From the NCBI RefSeq assembly GCF_006345805.1, contig NC_043021.1, positions 13,826,001-13,890,000 on the forward strand: 64,000 nt of DNA, written 5' to 3'. Every line of letters starts with the position of its first letter. Within the stretch, counting starts at the first letter, position 1. Position numbers and translations under genes: made by a program. The notes under the pieces are model-generated. The model saw only the letters and a list, made by a program, of their open reading frames with translations. It searched no databases and had not been told where the DNA came from. Source of the stretch: Octopus sinensis (Eukaryota). Of this stretch, positions 1-12,469 are shown piece by piece.

Positions 1-102
1 TACTTCTGGATGACCTTCCCATGGCCAATTTCTCTATTAGAGCAAATTTGGCTTACAGCTGTTTCCAGTAGTCATTATAGGTACATTACTGATAGGTTTA
101 CT

Positions 103-780
103 CCTCATATCAAGATAAACAGCGCTTGACCTTGCAGGTGGGGCCCAGTTAAAATTTTCTTTAGGTTGAGTGGCCCCTGCTGAAAAAGTCCCCGAATAAG
201 GTTTGTTTAAGGAATTTTTGAAGGATGCAGTGTCCTGACAGCTACCATCAAAGTGACACTGGGGTAAAATATATGAAGCCCAGTATACCCATCATGACTA
301 CCCGTCTGATAAGGGTACACTAGGCACATGCATCACAACCATATGTGCGTAACATGGTGATCTCATATCAAGATAAACAGCACATGACCTTGCAGGTGGG
401 GCCCAGTTAGAATTTTCTTCTGGTTGAGTAACCCATCTCGCTCAAAAGGTCACTGAATAAGGGTCGTTTAAGGATGTTGAACAAAACACCCATGTTTCCA
501 GAGGTGAATTATTCAAACACCAAAGAATTCCTTTCAGCGCATGGCTATGATGCTGTCCCACTAATCCTGCTCGTGATCAGAGATGCATATATCATCAGCC
601 ACTAAGGGACATGCTCAACTGGTTAAGGTCAAGCAACTGACAAGCAAAAATCTGTAGTATTGAGAAGAATATTTGCTGTTAGCCCCATCTTTTATACCAA
701 GACAAAACATGTACATGATAACACTTCCAATCAGTTAAGATCAAAAGTCATGAGAGTCAGTGCCTGCTACTGCTTCAGGA
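103..780. mobile_element. Unclassified ~530-bp interspersed repeat (copy at ~245-780, preceded by a partial copy at ~103-210)
   Basis: The same sequence occurs in reverse orientation, twice in tandem, at 47268-48150 (for example cttgcaggtggggcccagtt here and aactgggccccacctgcaag there). Confidence 0.75.
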
Positions 781-844
781 ATAGGTACCGTTTCTATTAT
801 TATTCATGGAGAGCATACGTTAAATGATGATGATGATGATGATG

Positions 845-1310
845 CAGCAACTTTGCTTGGGAGCATAGCAAAGCACCAGCTGTCCACAACCAATGGAATA
901 CAGTGACACTCATCATTCAGATTCTGAGAACTCTGCAGAGAATTCATGCTGTTCCAAACAACACCGTTTCCTGTAAATGCTGTTTTCCTATTTACTCCTA
1001 TTATTTCAATCCAATTTTCTGAGTTTTGGTACTTAGAGTTCCCAAGGCTCCAACAACAACAACAACAACAACAGTTCCACTCATATCTTTTTCAATGGCC
1101 GCAGTCTTTTTATCTCCTACTTCATATCATCTCACTTGACCTGCTTCTCGTCTTCCCGTTTCGTTACTCTCTCATTATCAGAACGTGCAGTATCCATGAT
1201 TAAACAGGTTTTCCACCTCTTTATTCACAACCACTATATCCGGCTTTCAATGTTCAATTTCATGGTGCATTGGATCATTATATTTCTCAGTATCTTTGCC
1301 TTGTCATTCT
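845..1310 (-). mobile_element. Decayed 3' fragment of an R4/Dong-like (RLE) non-LTR retrotransposon
   Basis: The minus strand, with stops and frameshifts, reads KNDKAKIL..HEIEH*KPDIVVVNKE..CLIMDTA..EIKRL..VVVVVVGALGTLS..HLQETVLFGTA*ILCRVLRI*. This is the PD-(D/E)xK restriction-like endonuclease C-terminus of R4-type elements. Confidence 0.85.
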
Positions 1311-1396
1311 TTATTATTATTATTGTTATTAATTATCATTATTGTTATTATTGTTGTTGTTGTTGTTATTAACCACTGAGCGCATGGCTAATCACT

Positions 1397-1727
1397 GAGC
1401 ACATGTCTCAGTGGTTAGAGTATCGAGCTTACGATCGTGATGTGAGCTCGAATCCCGGACCAGGCTGCGTGTTGTGTTCTTGAGCGAGGCACTTTATTTC
1501 ACGTTGCTCCAGTTCACTCAGCTGTAGAAATGAGCTGCGACGTCACAGGTGCCAAGCTGTATTGGCCATTGCCTTTCCTTTGAATAACACTGGTGGCGTG
1601 GAGAGAGGGGAGGCCGGTATGCATGGGTGACTGCTGGTCTTCCATAAACAACCTTGCCCGGACTTGTATCTGAGAGGGTAACTTTCTAGGTGCAATCCCA
1701 TGGTCAGTGTCGTGACCGAAGGGGGTT
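1397..1727 (+). mobile_element. tRNA-derived SINE, family C (my label)
   Basis: tRNA-like head gtctcagtggttagag...gctcgaatccc followed by the body ttcacgttgctccagttcactcagctgtagaaatgag. Other copies lie at ~3820-3945, 51203-51505 (+) and 52326-52614 (-), with a related head at 41705-41950. Confidence 0.85.
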
Positions 1728-1767
1728 TCAGATTATTATTATTATTATTATTATTGAACTAACTGAT

Positions 1768-2193
1768 AAGCAGGGAGCTGGTAGAATCGTTACTGTGCCA
1801 AACAAAAATGCTTAGCAGCATTTTGTCCATCTTGTTCTGAGTTCAAATTCCACCGAGATTGACTTGCCTTTCATCATTTTTGGGATCGATGAAATAAGTA
1901 CCAGTTATACATTGGTGTCAGTGTTATTGTCTAGCCCCCCTCCCCCAAAATATCAGGTTTTGTGCCTATAGCAGAAAGGATTATTGAGCTGGCAGAATCG
2001 ACAGTAAGCCAGGCAAAATGTTTAGCAGCATTTCATCTATCTTTACATTCTGAGTTCAAATTCCACCAAGGTCGACTTTGCCTTTCATCGTATTGAGGTC
2101 AATGAAATAAATATCAGTTGAACATTGGGTGTAATCGACTAGTCCCCTACCCCGAAATTTCAGGCCTTGTGCCTATAATAGAAAGGATTATTA

Positions 2194-2227
<34 letters not shown>
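1768..2227 (+). mobile_element. Two head-to-tail SINE B copies (ATT-tail type, B2) within (ATT)n
   Basis: A-box-like TGGCAGAATCG, B-box-like GAGTTCAAATTCC, core gtcgactttgcctttcatc, tail ttgtgcctataatagaaaggatt(att)n. Confidence 0.85.
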
Positions 2228-3944
2228 CTGTTGCATTGTCTTTTAAGCTGAGAGATTAAGGAATTGATAATGCCTTAATCCTATTTCTAGCTTTATCCTA
2301 CCCTTGTCCAAGTGTACTGCCTTCAGTTTAGTGGTATACCATATGAATTTACCACCAGTATCACTGCAGTCACTACTAAACCAATGTTGGGGAACCTTTG
2401 AGTAGAAGTTCAGTCTGCTAGAAACAGCAGCCAAATCTCTTTCAAACTAGAAGTTATCATCTTGAAAATGAAAAAGCTGTAGGGGTATATAATATAGCAC
2501 ATTGCTTATGGGAGGGGCGGAGGGAACGATGGTCACAGATGGAATGGTTTTGACCATAGGGCTGTTTATTCATGGTTGTCCTGCTGCTAAGCAACAGCAC
2601 TATTCCTAGAATTGGACAACGGTTGCATGACCTGCTACAAATAGCAGTCAAGTCGCCCTCAAATTGCACTCTACCAATCTAAAAATATAGAAATTCGCTC
2701 TTCTTTTTCTTGCTCGGTGTTCTCAGTGGGTTTCTATTGAGATAACACAGGTTTTTATCATTTCTGACCTTTCTCTATGCATACACACAAGCATGTGTGT
2801 ACACAAACATACAAAGTACCATGTGCACACACACACACACACAAGCATATGTATGCACAGTCATACAATTAAATGCAGATAATCACACAGAATTGTGCAC
2901 ACATACATAAACACATAGCACATGTACAAAAACAGCCACACACAGACTCACATGTGCACACACACACACACACACACATGACTACAAAATTGCAGAAATG
3001 CGCATAATATAATATCATACAGAAACACATACACATATAACCATGAACATGCTCACACACATATAACCAGTGACACACATGCACACATAAGGCCATGAAC
3101 ATACACACATAGCTACATGCATACATACAGACACATATAACTACAAACACACATACATACACATAACCACAAACATACACACACTTATATAGTAGCAAAC
3201 ATACATATACACACATATAACCACAAACATACCCATACACATAGCATCGAATACACATACATACACACACACACAAACACACACATCCACCCATGCTTAC
3301 ACACACATAACCACAAACATACACACATGTATTGGCACAAAGATATTAACATATAGCTTCAAACACACACACACACACATATAGTCACAAACAGACACAC
3401 ATACATGTATAGGTACCTATAGCCACAAACATACAAACATATCCACACACATACATACATACATACACATAGCTACGAACACACACACACACATATATAT
3501 AGGCACAAAGATATTCACATTTAGCTATGAGCAAACACACATGTACACACACACACATATAGAGCCATGAACACACACACAGCCACAAACACACACACTT
3601 AAATATAGCCTCACACATACACGCTCATAAATACATACACTGACACCCTGTACCTGTGTCAGAAATGATACATTTAGAAAGAGATTGCCAAGCGTAATAA
3701 TACCCGGTTGTATTTAGTTATCTCCCTTTGCATTCTAAGTTCAAATCCTGTTGATGTCAACATCGCTCTTCTTCCTTCTGGGGGTGAGATTGGCAATACA
3801 ATAAGCGTAAACTCGATCTGGAGAGGGAAGGCCAGCATGCATGGGTGGCTACTGGTCTTCCATAAACAACCTTGCCCGAACCTGTGCCTGGGAGGGTAAC
3901 TTTCTAGGTGCAATCCCATGGTCAGTCATGACCGAAGGGGGTCT

Positions 3945-4748
3945 CAGCAGCACTGAGGCTGACTTCACCTTTCATCCTTTTGGGACTGGTAAAATAAAAG
4001 TACCAGTGAAATACTGGGGTCGATGTAATTGACTAGTCACCTCCCACCAAAATTGAGGCCTTGTGCCTTTAATAAAATCCTTATTATTATCACTATTAAG
4101 ATGGCGATCTGGCAGAATTGTTAGCACACTGGACGAAATGCTTAGCAGTATTTCACCCATCACTATGTTCTGAGTTCAAATTCTGCCGAGGTCAACTTTA
4201 CCTTTCATCCTTCCGGGGTCGATAAAATAATTACCAGTTGGACACTGGAATCGATGTAATCAACTAGTCCCTTCCACCAAACAATTGCTGCCGTTGTAGC
4301 AAAATTTGAAACCATTATTATTATTATTAAGAAGGTGGCGTGGTGGCAGAAATGTTAGCGCACTGGGTGAAATACTTAACGGTATTTCAGCTGTCTTTCT
4401 GTTCTGAGTTCAGATTCCACCGAGGTCGACTTTGCCTTTCATCCTTTTGAGGTCAATAAATTAAGTACCAGTTGCATACTGGAGTCGATCTAATCAACTG
4501 CCCCCTCCCCCAAAATGTCAGGCTTTGTGCCTAGCGTAGAAAAGATTATTATTATTATTATTATTATTATTGGTGGTGAGCTGACAGAGTTGTTAGCATG
4601 CCGGACAAAATGCTTAGTGGTATTTTGCCCACCTTTCATCCGTTCGGGGTCGATTAAGTAAGTACCAGTTATGCATTGGGGAGGGGCGATGTAATCAATT
4701 TAATCCCTTCCCCCAAATTTGAGGGCTTGTGCTTCAAATTGAAAGGAT
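3945..4748 (+). mobile_element. Array of four head-to-tail SINE B2 copies separated by (ATT)n
   Basis: The gcctttcatcc...aagtaccagt core recurs at ~3965, ~4200, ~4435 and ~4632, and the copies are separated by attattatt tracts. A further copy lies at ~5143-5358. Confidence 0.85.
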
Positions 4749-5116
4749 TGGCTCTGTGGTAAGTAGCTTGCTTACTGACCACATGGTTCTAGGTTCAGTC
4801 CCACTGCGTGGCACCTTGGGTAAGTGTCTTCTATTAGAGCCTCGGGCTGACCAAAGCCTTGTGAGTGGATTTGATAGACAGAAACTGAAAGAAGCCCTTC
4901 GTATATATATATGTATATATGTGTGTGTGTATGTGTGTGTATGTTTGTATGTCTGTGTTTGTCACCCCACCATTGCTTGACAACCAATGTTAGTGTGTTC
5001 TTGTCACTGTAACTTAGCAGTCCGGCAAAAGAGGCCGATAGAATAAGTACTAAGCTTACAAAGAATAAGTACTTGGGTCCAGCATGGCCGCAGTCAAATG
5101 ACTGAAACAAGTAAAT
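4749..5116 (+). mobile_element. tRNA-derived SINE, family A (my label), with an internal (TA)/(TG) microsatellite
   Basis: Head gtggtaagtagcttgcttac...ggttcagtcccactgcgtggcaccttggg and tail ccagcatggccgcagtcaaatgactgaaacaagtaaa. More than 10 full or partial copies occur in the window. Confidence 0.88.
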
Positions 5117-6421
5117 AAAAAAAATTTAAATAAAAATAAAAGGTAGGGAGCTGGCAGAATTCTTAGCATGCCAGCAAAGTGCTTAGCGGCATTTTGTCCG
5201 TTTTTGTTTTGAGTTCAAATTTCGCCAAGGTCACCTTTGCCCTTCATCATTTTTAGATTGATAAAATAAATACCAGATGTGCACTGGGGGTGATGTAATC
5301 AAGTAGAGGCACTTCCACACAAATTTCAGGCCTTGTGCCTATAGCAGAAAAGGGTTATTATCAGTGGTTGTAGCTCTTGTAAGAGCAACAACAGCAGTAC
5401 CAGCTAACCAAGTTCGACAAGCCAGTGATAAAGTTCTTAGTTTGGGGGCCTTTCCACTTCGATGTTCCATCTCTCCAAACCTTGTTTAATGAAGGCAACA
5501 AGTCCCTCCTTTTTTTAAAGCTGAACACCTCATTACGCAAGACATGCTCATCAATATCGTCATTATAATCAGCATGATTATCATTAACTTCATTAGCACA
5601 TCAAGCTCATTGTGCAGTGATACACTTGACAGTGGTGGTGGTGGTGGTGGAAATAGTAGTAGTAGTAGTAGCAGCGATGGTGGTGGTGGTGGTGGGGTAG
5701 CAGTAGTAATAGTAGTCGTGATACTGGTAGTAGTAGCTGGAGGTGATAGTAATAGGAATAAAAGCTGGGAGTGGGTGGGTAGCAGGAACGGTGGTGGTGG
5801 GGGTTGTAGGAACGGTAGTGGTGGTGGTCGTAATGAGAATGGTATTACTGGTGGTAGTCACAGTTGTATTCATGGTGGTGATGGCAGCAGCTACAGTGGT
5901 GGTGATGTGTTGGTGATAGAGGCCTAAATAGTTATGATGCTGCTGCTGTTGCCAATGATGATGATGATGATGATGATGATAACGTGTTCCTTAATAGTAG
6001 TTGTGGTGGTAACAACAGTGGGTGGGTGGGGGCAGGATGAGATAGTAGCTGTGATGTTGTGGTAGTGATGATGATGGTGGTGGTGGTGGTGGTGGTGGTT
6101 ATTTAGCCCTGGGTTAATTCTGACCAAGAAAGCCTATTAACAAGGAGGCATTCCAGCTGTGACCATCCTATCTTTTCAGAGAGTTTATAACTTAGGATTA
6201 CATAAACCAATATCTCTTTGTATTTTTTTTTGTTTTGTTTTGCTTTTTGCAAGGCAGTAGAATGTGGTTGAAGGGAGATTTGGCTGCTATTTTTCGCAAG
6301 TCTTGTTACCCCTTAAAATGCACCCTCATCAGTTCATAATGGTTAATAGTATCGGAGATGGTTAAGAGTGGAGTTTGTTGTTGTTGTTCTGGATGGTTTT
6401 GAAAGGTTACCATTGGGACAT

Positions 6422-6455
<34 letters not shown>

Positions 6456-8089
6456 TTAGCATGGTGCCGGTGGCCAATCAGTAAGGGTATGGCATTTGGA
6501 GGGCCCAGGGTGAAAGTGGATGTGTATGGGTATTGTGTGGTTGGTGATGTTGTTTAATCCCAGGTCAGTCCTGATTGAGCAGTTTTATGATCATAGGCAT
6601 TCCAGCCATGACCGTTCTGTTTTTTTTTTCCTTATGTTGCAAGAAACCCAGGAGCTGTATTATCCAGCATGTCCCATGTCCATTTCTTAGGACATGCTGG
6701 ACAATGTGATTTGAAGGAGATTTGGCTACTATTTTTGGCAATTTGAATGACTATGTTTAGGCTTGCTCTTTGGTTCCGAATCAGAGAAAGTTATGCTGAT
6801 GGTGGTGGTGGTGGTGAGTATGAGGATGGCAGTCGCGATGGCAACAACTACAAGAACAAAAGATGCTGCAGCAACAACAACAATCATCACCACAATCTTC
6901 ATCATCATTATTATCAGCGACAGCAACGGTCTGTTCAGCTTGCTCTTCTTCCTCTCCTTTCTCTTCCCCCTGTCTCACTTTCTCTCTCCCCCCTCTCTCT
7001 TCCTCTTCCTCTCACATGCATAACCACCTTCACTGCCACCATAACCAATAACTGACACACTTTCTCTTTTACACTCTCTTACTTTCACTTTCTCTTTTAC
7101 ACTCTCTTACTTTCACTTTCTCTTTTACACTCTCTTACTTTCACTTTCTCTTCTACACATTCTCTTTCTTTTCACGTCTCTGTCAGTTTATCTCTCTTTC
7201 TCCTTGTCTTTCTGTCTGTCTGTCTGTCTCTCTCTCTCTCCATACTCTTTCTCTTTTGCAAACATCATTTCTCTCAACACACACTCACACATACATGCAT
7301 AATTTCTCTCTTTTTCTCTATCTCTTTCTTCCTCTCTTTCTCTTCTGCATACATTCTCTCTATAAACATCTGCATATCCTCTCTCTCTCTCTCTCGTGTT
7401 CTGTTACTTACTCTCTCATATGTTTTCTCTCTCCCTCTCTCTCCATACACACTTCCTTCCTAACAAACCTACTCTTCCTCCTCCTCCTCTCTCCTCCTTT
7501 TATCTGATGCTGACTATTTCACTGTCACGGGACTCTAAGAAACCATTATAGCACCAAAGATGCAGCTGCTGCTGCTACTGCTGCTGATGCTAGTGGTAGA
7601 CTACTACTACTACTAGTAGTAGTAGTGATGATGGGAGCAGTGGTACAATAGTAGTAGTAGCAGTAGTAGTCTTGGTACTTTGTATAGTAGCAGTTGTAGT
7701 AATGACCTTATGGTAGGCTGCTGCTACAGTAGTTACTACAGCTGCTGCTGCTACTACTACCATCATCACCACCACCACCACCACTACTGCTGCTGCTGTG
7801 GCCTTTACTATTACTACTACTGATGCTACTACTACTACTAGAATTACTACGACTACTACAACCCTCTTTTACAGTTCCTATCTGTACCTCAACCACAGTT
7901 CAACCACCACACTTGCTACTGTCTCAACCACTAAGGCAACAACCATTACCACTGCTACCACCACAGCTACAACCATAATCAGCAGCACCACCACCAATAA
8001 CAACAACCTGTACTAAACGTTAGTAACATCTTTGGTCCCTGACCACAGATTCAGTTTTAAGGCATTTGTGACTAATTTTTCAGGCTAGT

Positions 8090-8560
8090 TAGTTGGGACA
8101 GCACTGGACATTTCTGTAATGTGTGACCCATTAATCTGTTGGGACACTACCAGAGACGTATGCTACATGTTAACCCATTTGTCTGTCTGTTGGGACATTG
8201 GTGGTGAATTCTGCAATGTGTAACTCATGCATCTAATTTGTTGGATCATCACCTGAGGCTTCCGTAATTCATAACCCATGAGTGTAGTTAGTTGAGATAT
8301 TACTGGACACTTTTGTTATGTCTAAACCCATCTGCCTGATTTGTTAGGATGTCATGGTAAATTTCTCTAATGTGTAACCCATGGGGTCTAAGTTTGTTGG
8401 GACATCTGTGAAAACTTCTCTTATGTGTAGCTCATTAGTCTCTTCGTTAAGACATCACTTTAGACTTTTATAGTGTGCAATCCATTAGTTTAGTCTGTTG
8501 GGACATCCCTGGAGACTTCTGTTAAGTGTAACCTATTGACTTGTTTTGTCCAGACATTAA
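8090..8560. repeat. Highly diverged ~51-bp minisatellite, about 10 units
   Basis: A gttgggaca-like anchor recurs at ~8092, 8138, 8189, 8240, 8291, 8343, 8396, 8447, 8497 and 8548, each followed by an aatgtgtaacccat-like motif. Confidence 0.7.
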
Positions 8561-8674
8561 TGAAATGTGTCACTTCAGTGGCTTGGTGTTGAGGATAGGC
8601 CTGTGTTCAAGGTCTTCTGATGACCTTCAAAGACCATCGGGTTTGGTATGGTGCCTTGTTGAGGTTCCTCTTAA

Positions 8675-9083
8675 CCCTTTAACATTCAAACTGGCCATTC
8701 TGGACCAAATGTTCTACCTGTTGTATAGTTCAAACTAGCCAGATCTAGCTTCTCACACCTACTCTACAATGTCGTTCTAAATTTAAACAATTATGCCATT
8801 GGAATTTCAAAGCTACAAGAGATTGCATGTTTAATTCAAAACAATGTGAATAAACAAGCATTGTATTAACTACTCCTGTTTTCCTCTGTCAAGCCATGTT
8901 GAGCCAGTGTAGAAGAATAGGCTCATCAAACCAATCTGATCTTAAGCTCAAATTCACTGCCTCCACATCAGACCATAGTTGGTGGAGAGAACATGCTGAG
9001 GTCCTCATCCTGTAGTAGATTGAACATAGGCAATCCAATCCAATCCAATCCATATTTGACAATGCAATCTGAATGCTAAAGTG
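8675..9083. mobile_element. piggyBac-like MITE (TTAA-flanked) with a nested ~180-bp insertion
   Basis: TTAA|CCCTTTAACATTCA...TGAATGCTAAAGTG|TTAA. An uninterrupted 220-bp relative lies at 34198-34417 and a partial one at ~53280-53358. The extra segment at ~8868-9051 ends in (CAATC)4. Confidence 0.7.
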
Positions 9084-10349
9084 TTAAAACAGGATTTATG
9101 TATCATCCACAGAAAAAAATACGAGTAGGGTGAGAATTCTAAAGGGCTGATGTAGCGGAGGAAGGACTGGTAGGGTTTCCAGGCATAGAGGATATTTCAA
9201 AGCCCGAGAGAATACATTGTGTGGTGTGATGAGAAGTAGAGAGATACGCAGACAAAATATAATTTCGTATGGACATGACGTAACGCTACAGACATGATGT
9301 AAAGCTGCAACTTTTGTTATTGGTAGGAGGGTCTCGCCAACAGCCTGGTCAACAGTGGCGCTGGCATTGTTGTAAACCAGGCCCCATTTTAACCAGCAAG
9401 GTTGCTTGATCTGCTCAGTGTAGCAGATAAACCATTCTCTTCTCTCAGCTTGTTCTTACCACCATCCTCTCTCTGCTTCCATGCTCTTCCTATCACCATC
9501 ATCTTCGCACAGCCACCCTCTTCTCATCCCTTATTCTTCCCTTCACCTTCCTCATACTCTCACCCTTTTCTAGTTGGTCTGTTCCTCTCTTCTGACCATT
9601 TTCAATCTCTCTCTCTCTCTCTTTGTTTAGAACTATTAAAGGAATGTGACATCATAGGTGGCTGAGGGCGGTGTGTGTGGGGTGGAGGAATTAGGACAGG
9701 GGTGGTGCACCCGGCAATAATAATGAATTAACATCAATGAACAACCAACCAACACACACATACACCCACAATGTAAACACAGACAAAACAATTCTGCAGA
9801 CCTCACAAACATTGCAACATATGCGGGGACAGACAGACACACAGACACATACACACACTACTCAGACCTAAGATAAATACACACACACATTGCAACATAC
9901 ACATACTACTCAGACATAAGATAAATACACACACACATTGCAACATACACACACATGCGCACAACATACACACATAGTCACATGCACATAACACACACAC
10001 ACACACACACACACACAACACATACATACTTATGCACATGAAACATACATGTATGCAACACACACACACACAATTTGGTAAAGTAGCTGAAGATGTTTGG
10101 TCTGACGAAGACATGAAGACTATTTGTAATGTTTGGTCAGAAGTTGCCCTGACAATGTCCTGTCCAAGACTTGGACGTTGTACTGAGCATTTGATAAACT
10201 ACTGCAGTAATAGTGTGGGCCCTTGGGTCAACCCAGCTGGAGCAGATTTTACATAATCGAAAGCATTCCTCCTCGTCATTTTAAAGCTACACTTAGGACT
10301 ACATTATCTGACATATTCCATCCCCATTGAAGATTGCAGCATGCGGTTT

Positions 10350-11110
10350 CTAGGAGATTTCACTGCTATTCATAGCATGTGGAACAACATCAGAGTAGCC
10401 ATGTCCTCACATGTCCTTGTATTATGAGAGGGAGTCAGGCCTTGTGCTTATAACAGAAAGGATTATATAGCGGGATACTTGGCTGCTATTTCTTGTAGAT
10501 GGAATAACATCATTGAGACCTCCTTATTAGCTCATGTGGCCTTGTATTATTATACAGGGGAAGATTTGGCTGATATTTCTAGCGAGTGGAATGAGATTAC
10601 AGAGGCCTCCTTATTAGGATATATGTTCTTATATGATTTATAATTATATGTAGAGCGATTTGGTTGTTATTTCTAGCAAGTGGAACAGCATCATAGACAT
10701 CTCCTTATTAGTTCATATGTCCTTGAATGATTATATAGAGTTATGACTGCTATTTCTAGCAAGTGGAATGACATCACAGAGTCTTCTTTATTAGCTCATA
10801 TGTCCTTGTATGAAATTTGGCTACTATTTCTAGCAGATATAATGACACCACAGATGCTTCTTTATTCGTTCATATATTCTTACATGAAATTTGGCTGCTA
10901 TTTTTAGCAGAAGTAATGACACCATAGGGGCCTTCTTATTTGCTCATATGTCTTTGCATGAGTTTTGGCTGCTATTTCTAGCAGATGGAATGACACCATA
11001 GAGGCCTTCTTATTTGCTCATATGTCCTTGTATGAGCTTTGGCTGCTATTTCTACCAAAGTGAATGACACCATCGAGGCTTTCATATTCGCTCATATGTC
11101 CTTGTATTAT
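10350..11110. repeat. Minisatellite with 73-94 bp units, about 9 copies
   Basis: The motif tttggctgctatttctagca...gaatgacaccatagaggccttcttatt.gctcatatgtccttgtat recurs at ~10357, 10479, 10564, 10658, 10741, 10815, 10888, 10964 and 11038. Confidence 0.85.
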
Positions 11111-11405
11111 TGTATACATTGGCAGATGCAGGAATAAGATTAGGATTAATGTTCATTAAGTGGGGGATTGAAAGCTTATTTCAATCACAGTTTAGAGGGA
11201 TTAGTTATGGAGTACAAATGAAGGGGAGAATTAGGGGTGGGGGTAGTGTAAAATCATCATCAATCAATCAATCATATATTATCAATAACAGTGAAATAAT
11301 AAATGTGACCTTCTCCTTATTTGGAGGGCAACACCTGATTTTTCCCTCTGTCCCTTGTCTCTGGTCTGTTTCAAGGACAAAAGGCAGTGTGGTAAGAAGT
11401 TAGCT

Positions 11406-11614
11406 GGCAGAAACCTTAGCACGCCGGGAGAGATGTTTAGCGGTATTTCGTCTGCCATTTTGTTGTGAGTTCAAATTCCGCCGAGGTCGGATTTGCCTTT
11501 CATCCTTTCGGGGTCGATAAATTCAGTACCAGTTACGCACTGGGGGTCAATGTAATCGACTTAATCCCTTTGTTTGTCCCCTCTGTGTTTAGTCCCTTGC
11601 GGGCAATAAAGAAA
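11406..11614 (+). mobile_element. SINE B, TSD-type (B1), inserted into the head of a family A SINE
   Basis: 13-bp direct repeat TAAGAAGTTAGCT at 11393-11405 and 11615-11627. The tail is agtcccttgcgggcaataaagaaa. The flanks rejoin into a family A head (gtggtaagaagttagctt...ttgggcaagtgtcttctactata). Confidence 0.85.
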
Positions 11615-12469
11615 TAAGAAGTTAGCTTTCCAGAAACATAGTTTTGGGTTCAATCTCAATACATGGAAACTTGGGCAAGTGTCTTCTACTATAACCTTGG
11701 GCAGACCAAAGACTTCTAAGTGGATTCAGTAGATAGAAAGTGTGGAAACCCATTGTGTCTATGTGTATGTATAACACACACACACACACACAAGTATTCA
11801 ACAGTGAGAATAAGAATTCAATAATACTGTGTTGGTAGATAAATATCCCTTATTTGTGGATTAACACGGCAACCAATGGTTTCGTGTGAAAGAGATCTTC
11901 ACAATTGTTCAAACTCACTGCTTTGGAATCATGGTACTTTTTTCCATTTTGGATGAGAATTTGCCTTGTTAATCCACAAATAAAGTATGTATTGGTGGGG
12001 ACGATTTCTTTGCCTAATCTAAACCCTTTGATATGGTGCCCCAGCAAGGCCACAAGAAAGGGTAAAATCCAAAGTTCTTGTTACAGCAGTTGCTTGTGTG
12101 TATGTGTGTCTAGTGGCAAAGAAGTTTGCTATGCAACAATGTGGTTTTGGGTTCAATCCCCAATGCAGGCAGCATTTTGAGAACATATCTTTATCTATAG
12201 GTCCAGGCAAGCCAGTGAGTAAATATGGTGAATGGAAACTGTGTGGAAGCCTGTTATGTATGTGCATGTGTGTGTATGTTTGTGGTTGTTTCTTTCTATT
12301 AGATAGGTGAGGGTTTGTTTATGTCTCTGTAACTTAGCTGTCTGGCAAAAAAAACAAAACTGACTGAACTATTTATGTGACTTAAAATAAGTACTGGAAT
12401 TGATTCAGTTAATCAAAAGCAAAATCCTTCAGAGCAGTGCCCCAGCATGGCCACAGGCCATTTGTGGCT

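Noticed and set aside
1397-1470. tRNA genes (here and at the other SINE heads)
   Set aside because: The A/B-box-like heads run straight into SINE bodies and lack a complete cloverleaf, so they are tRNA-derived SINE heads rather than tRNA genes.
2869-3618. Long ORFs rich in C/V/Y/M or H/T/I (also 15395-17267, 18128-20035, 23694-24429, 30082-31665, 35311-36607, 61992-63737)
   Set aside because: These are translations of (TG)n, (CA)n and (TA)n microsatellites. They have no stop codons by composition and no protein features.
5544-6127. Poly-G/S/V/T/H ORFs (also 20162-21062, 22290-22562, 45627-46281, 49769-50092)
   Set aside because: Mosaic trinucleotide repeats that are open in several frames on both strands, with no splice or homology support.
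8090-8560. CRISPR-like repeat-spacer array
   Set aside because: The repeats are short and degenerate, the spacers are mutually similar, there are no cas genes, and the context is a eukaryotic intron.
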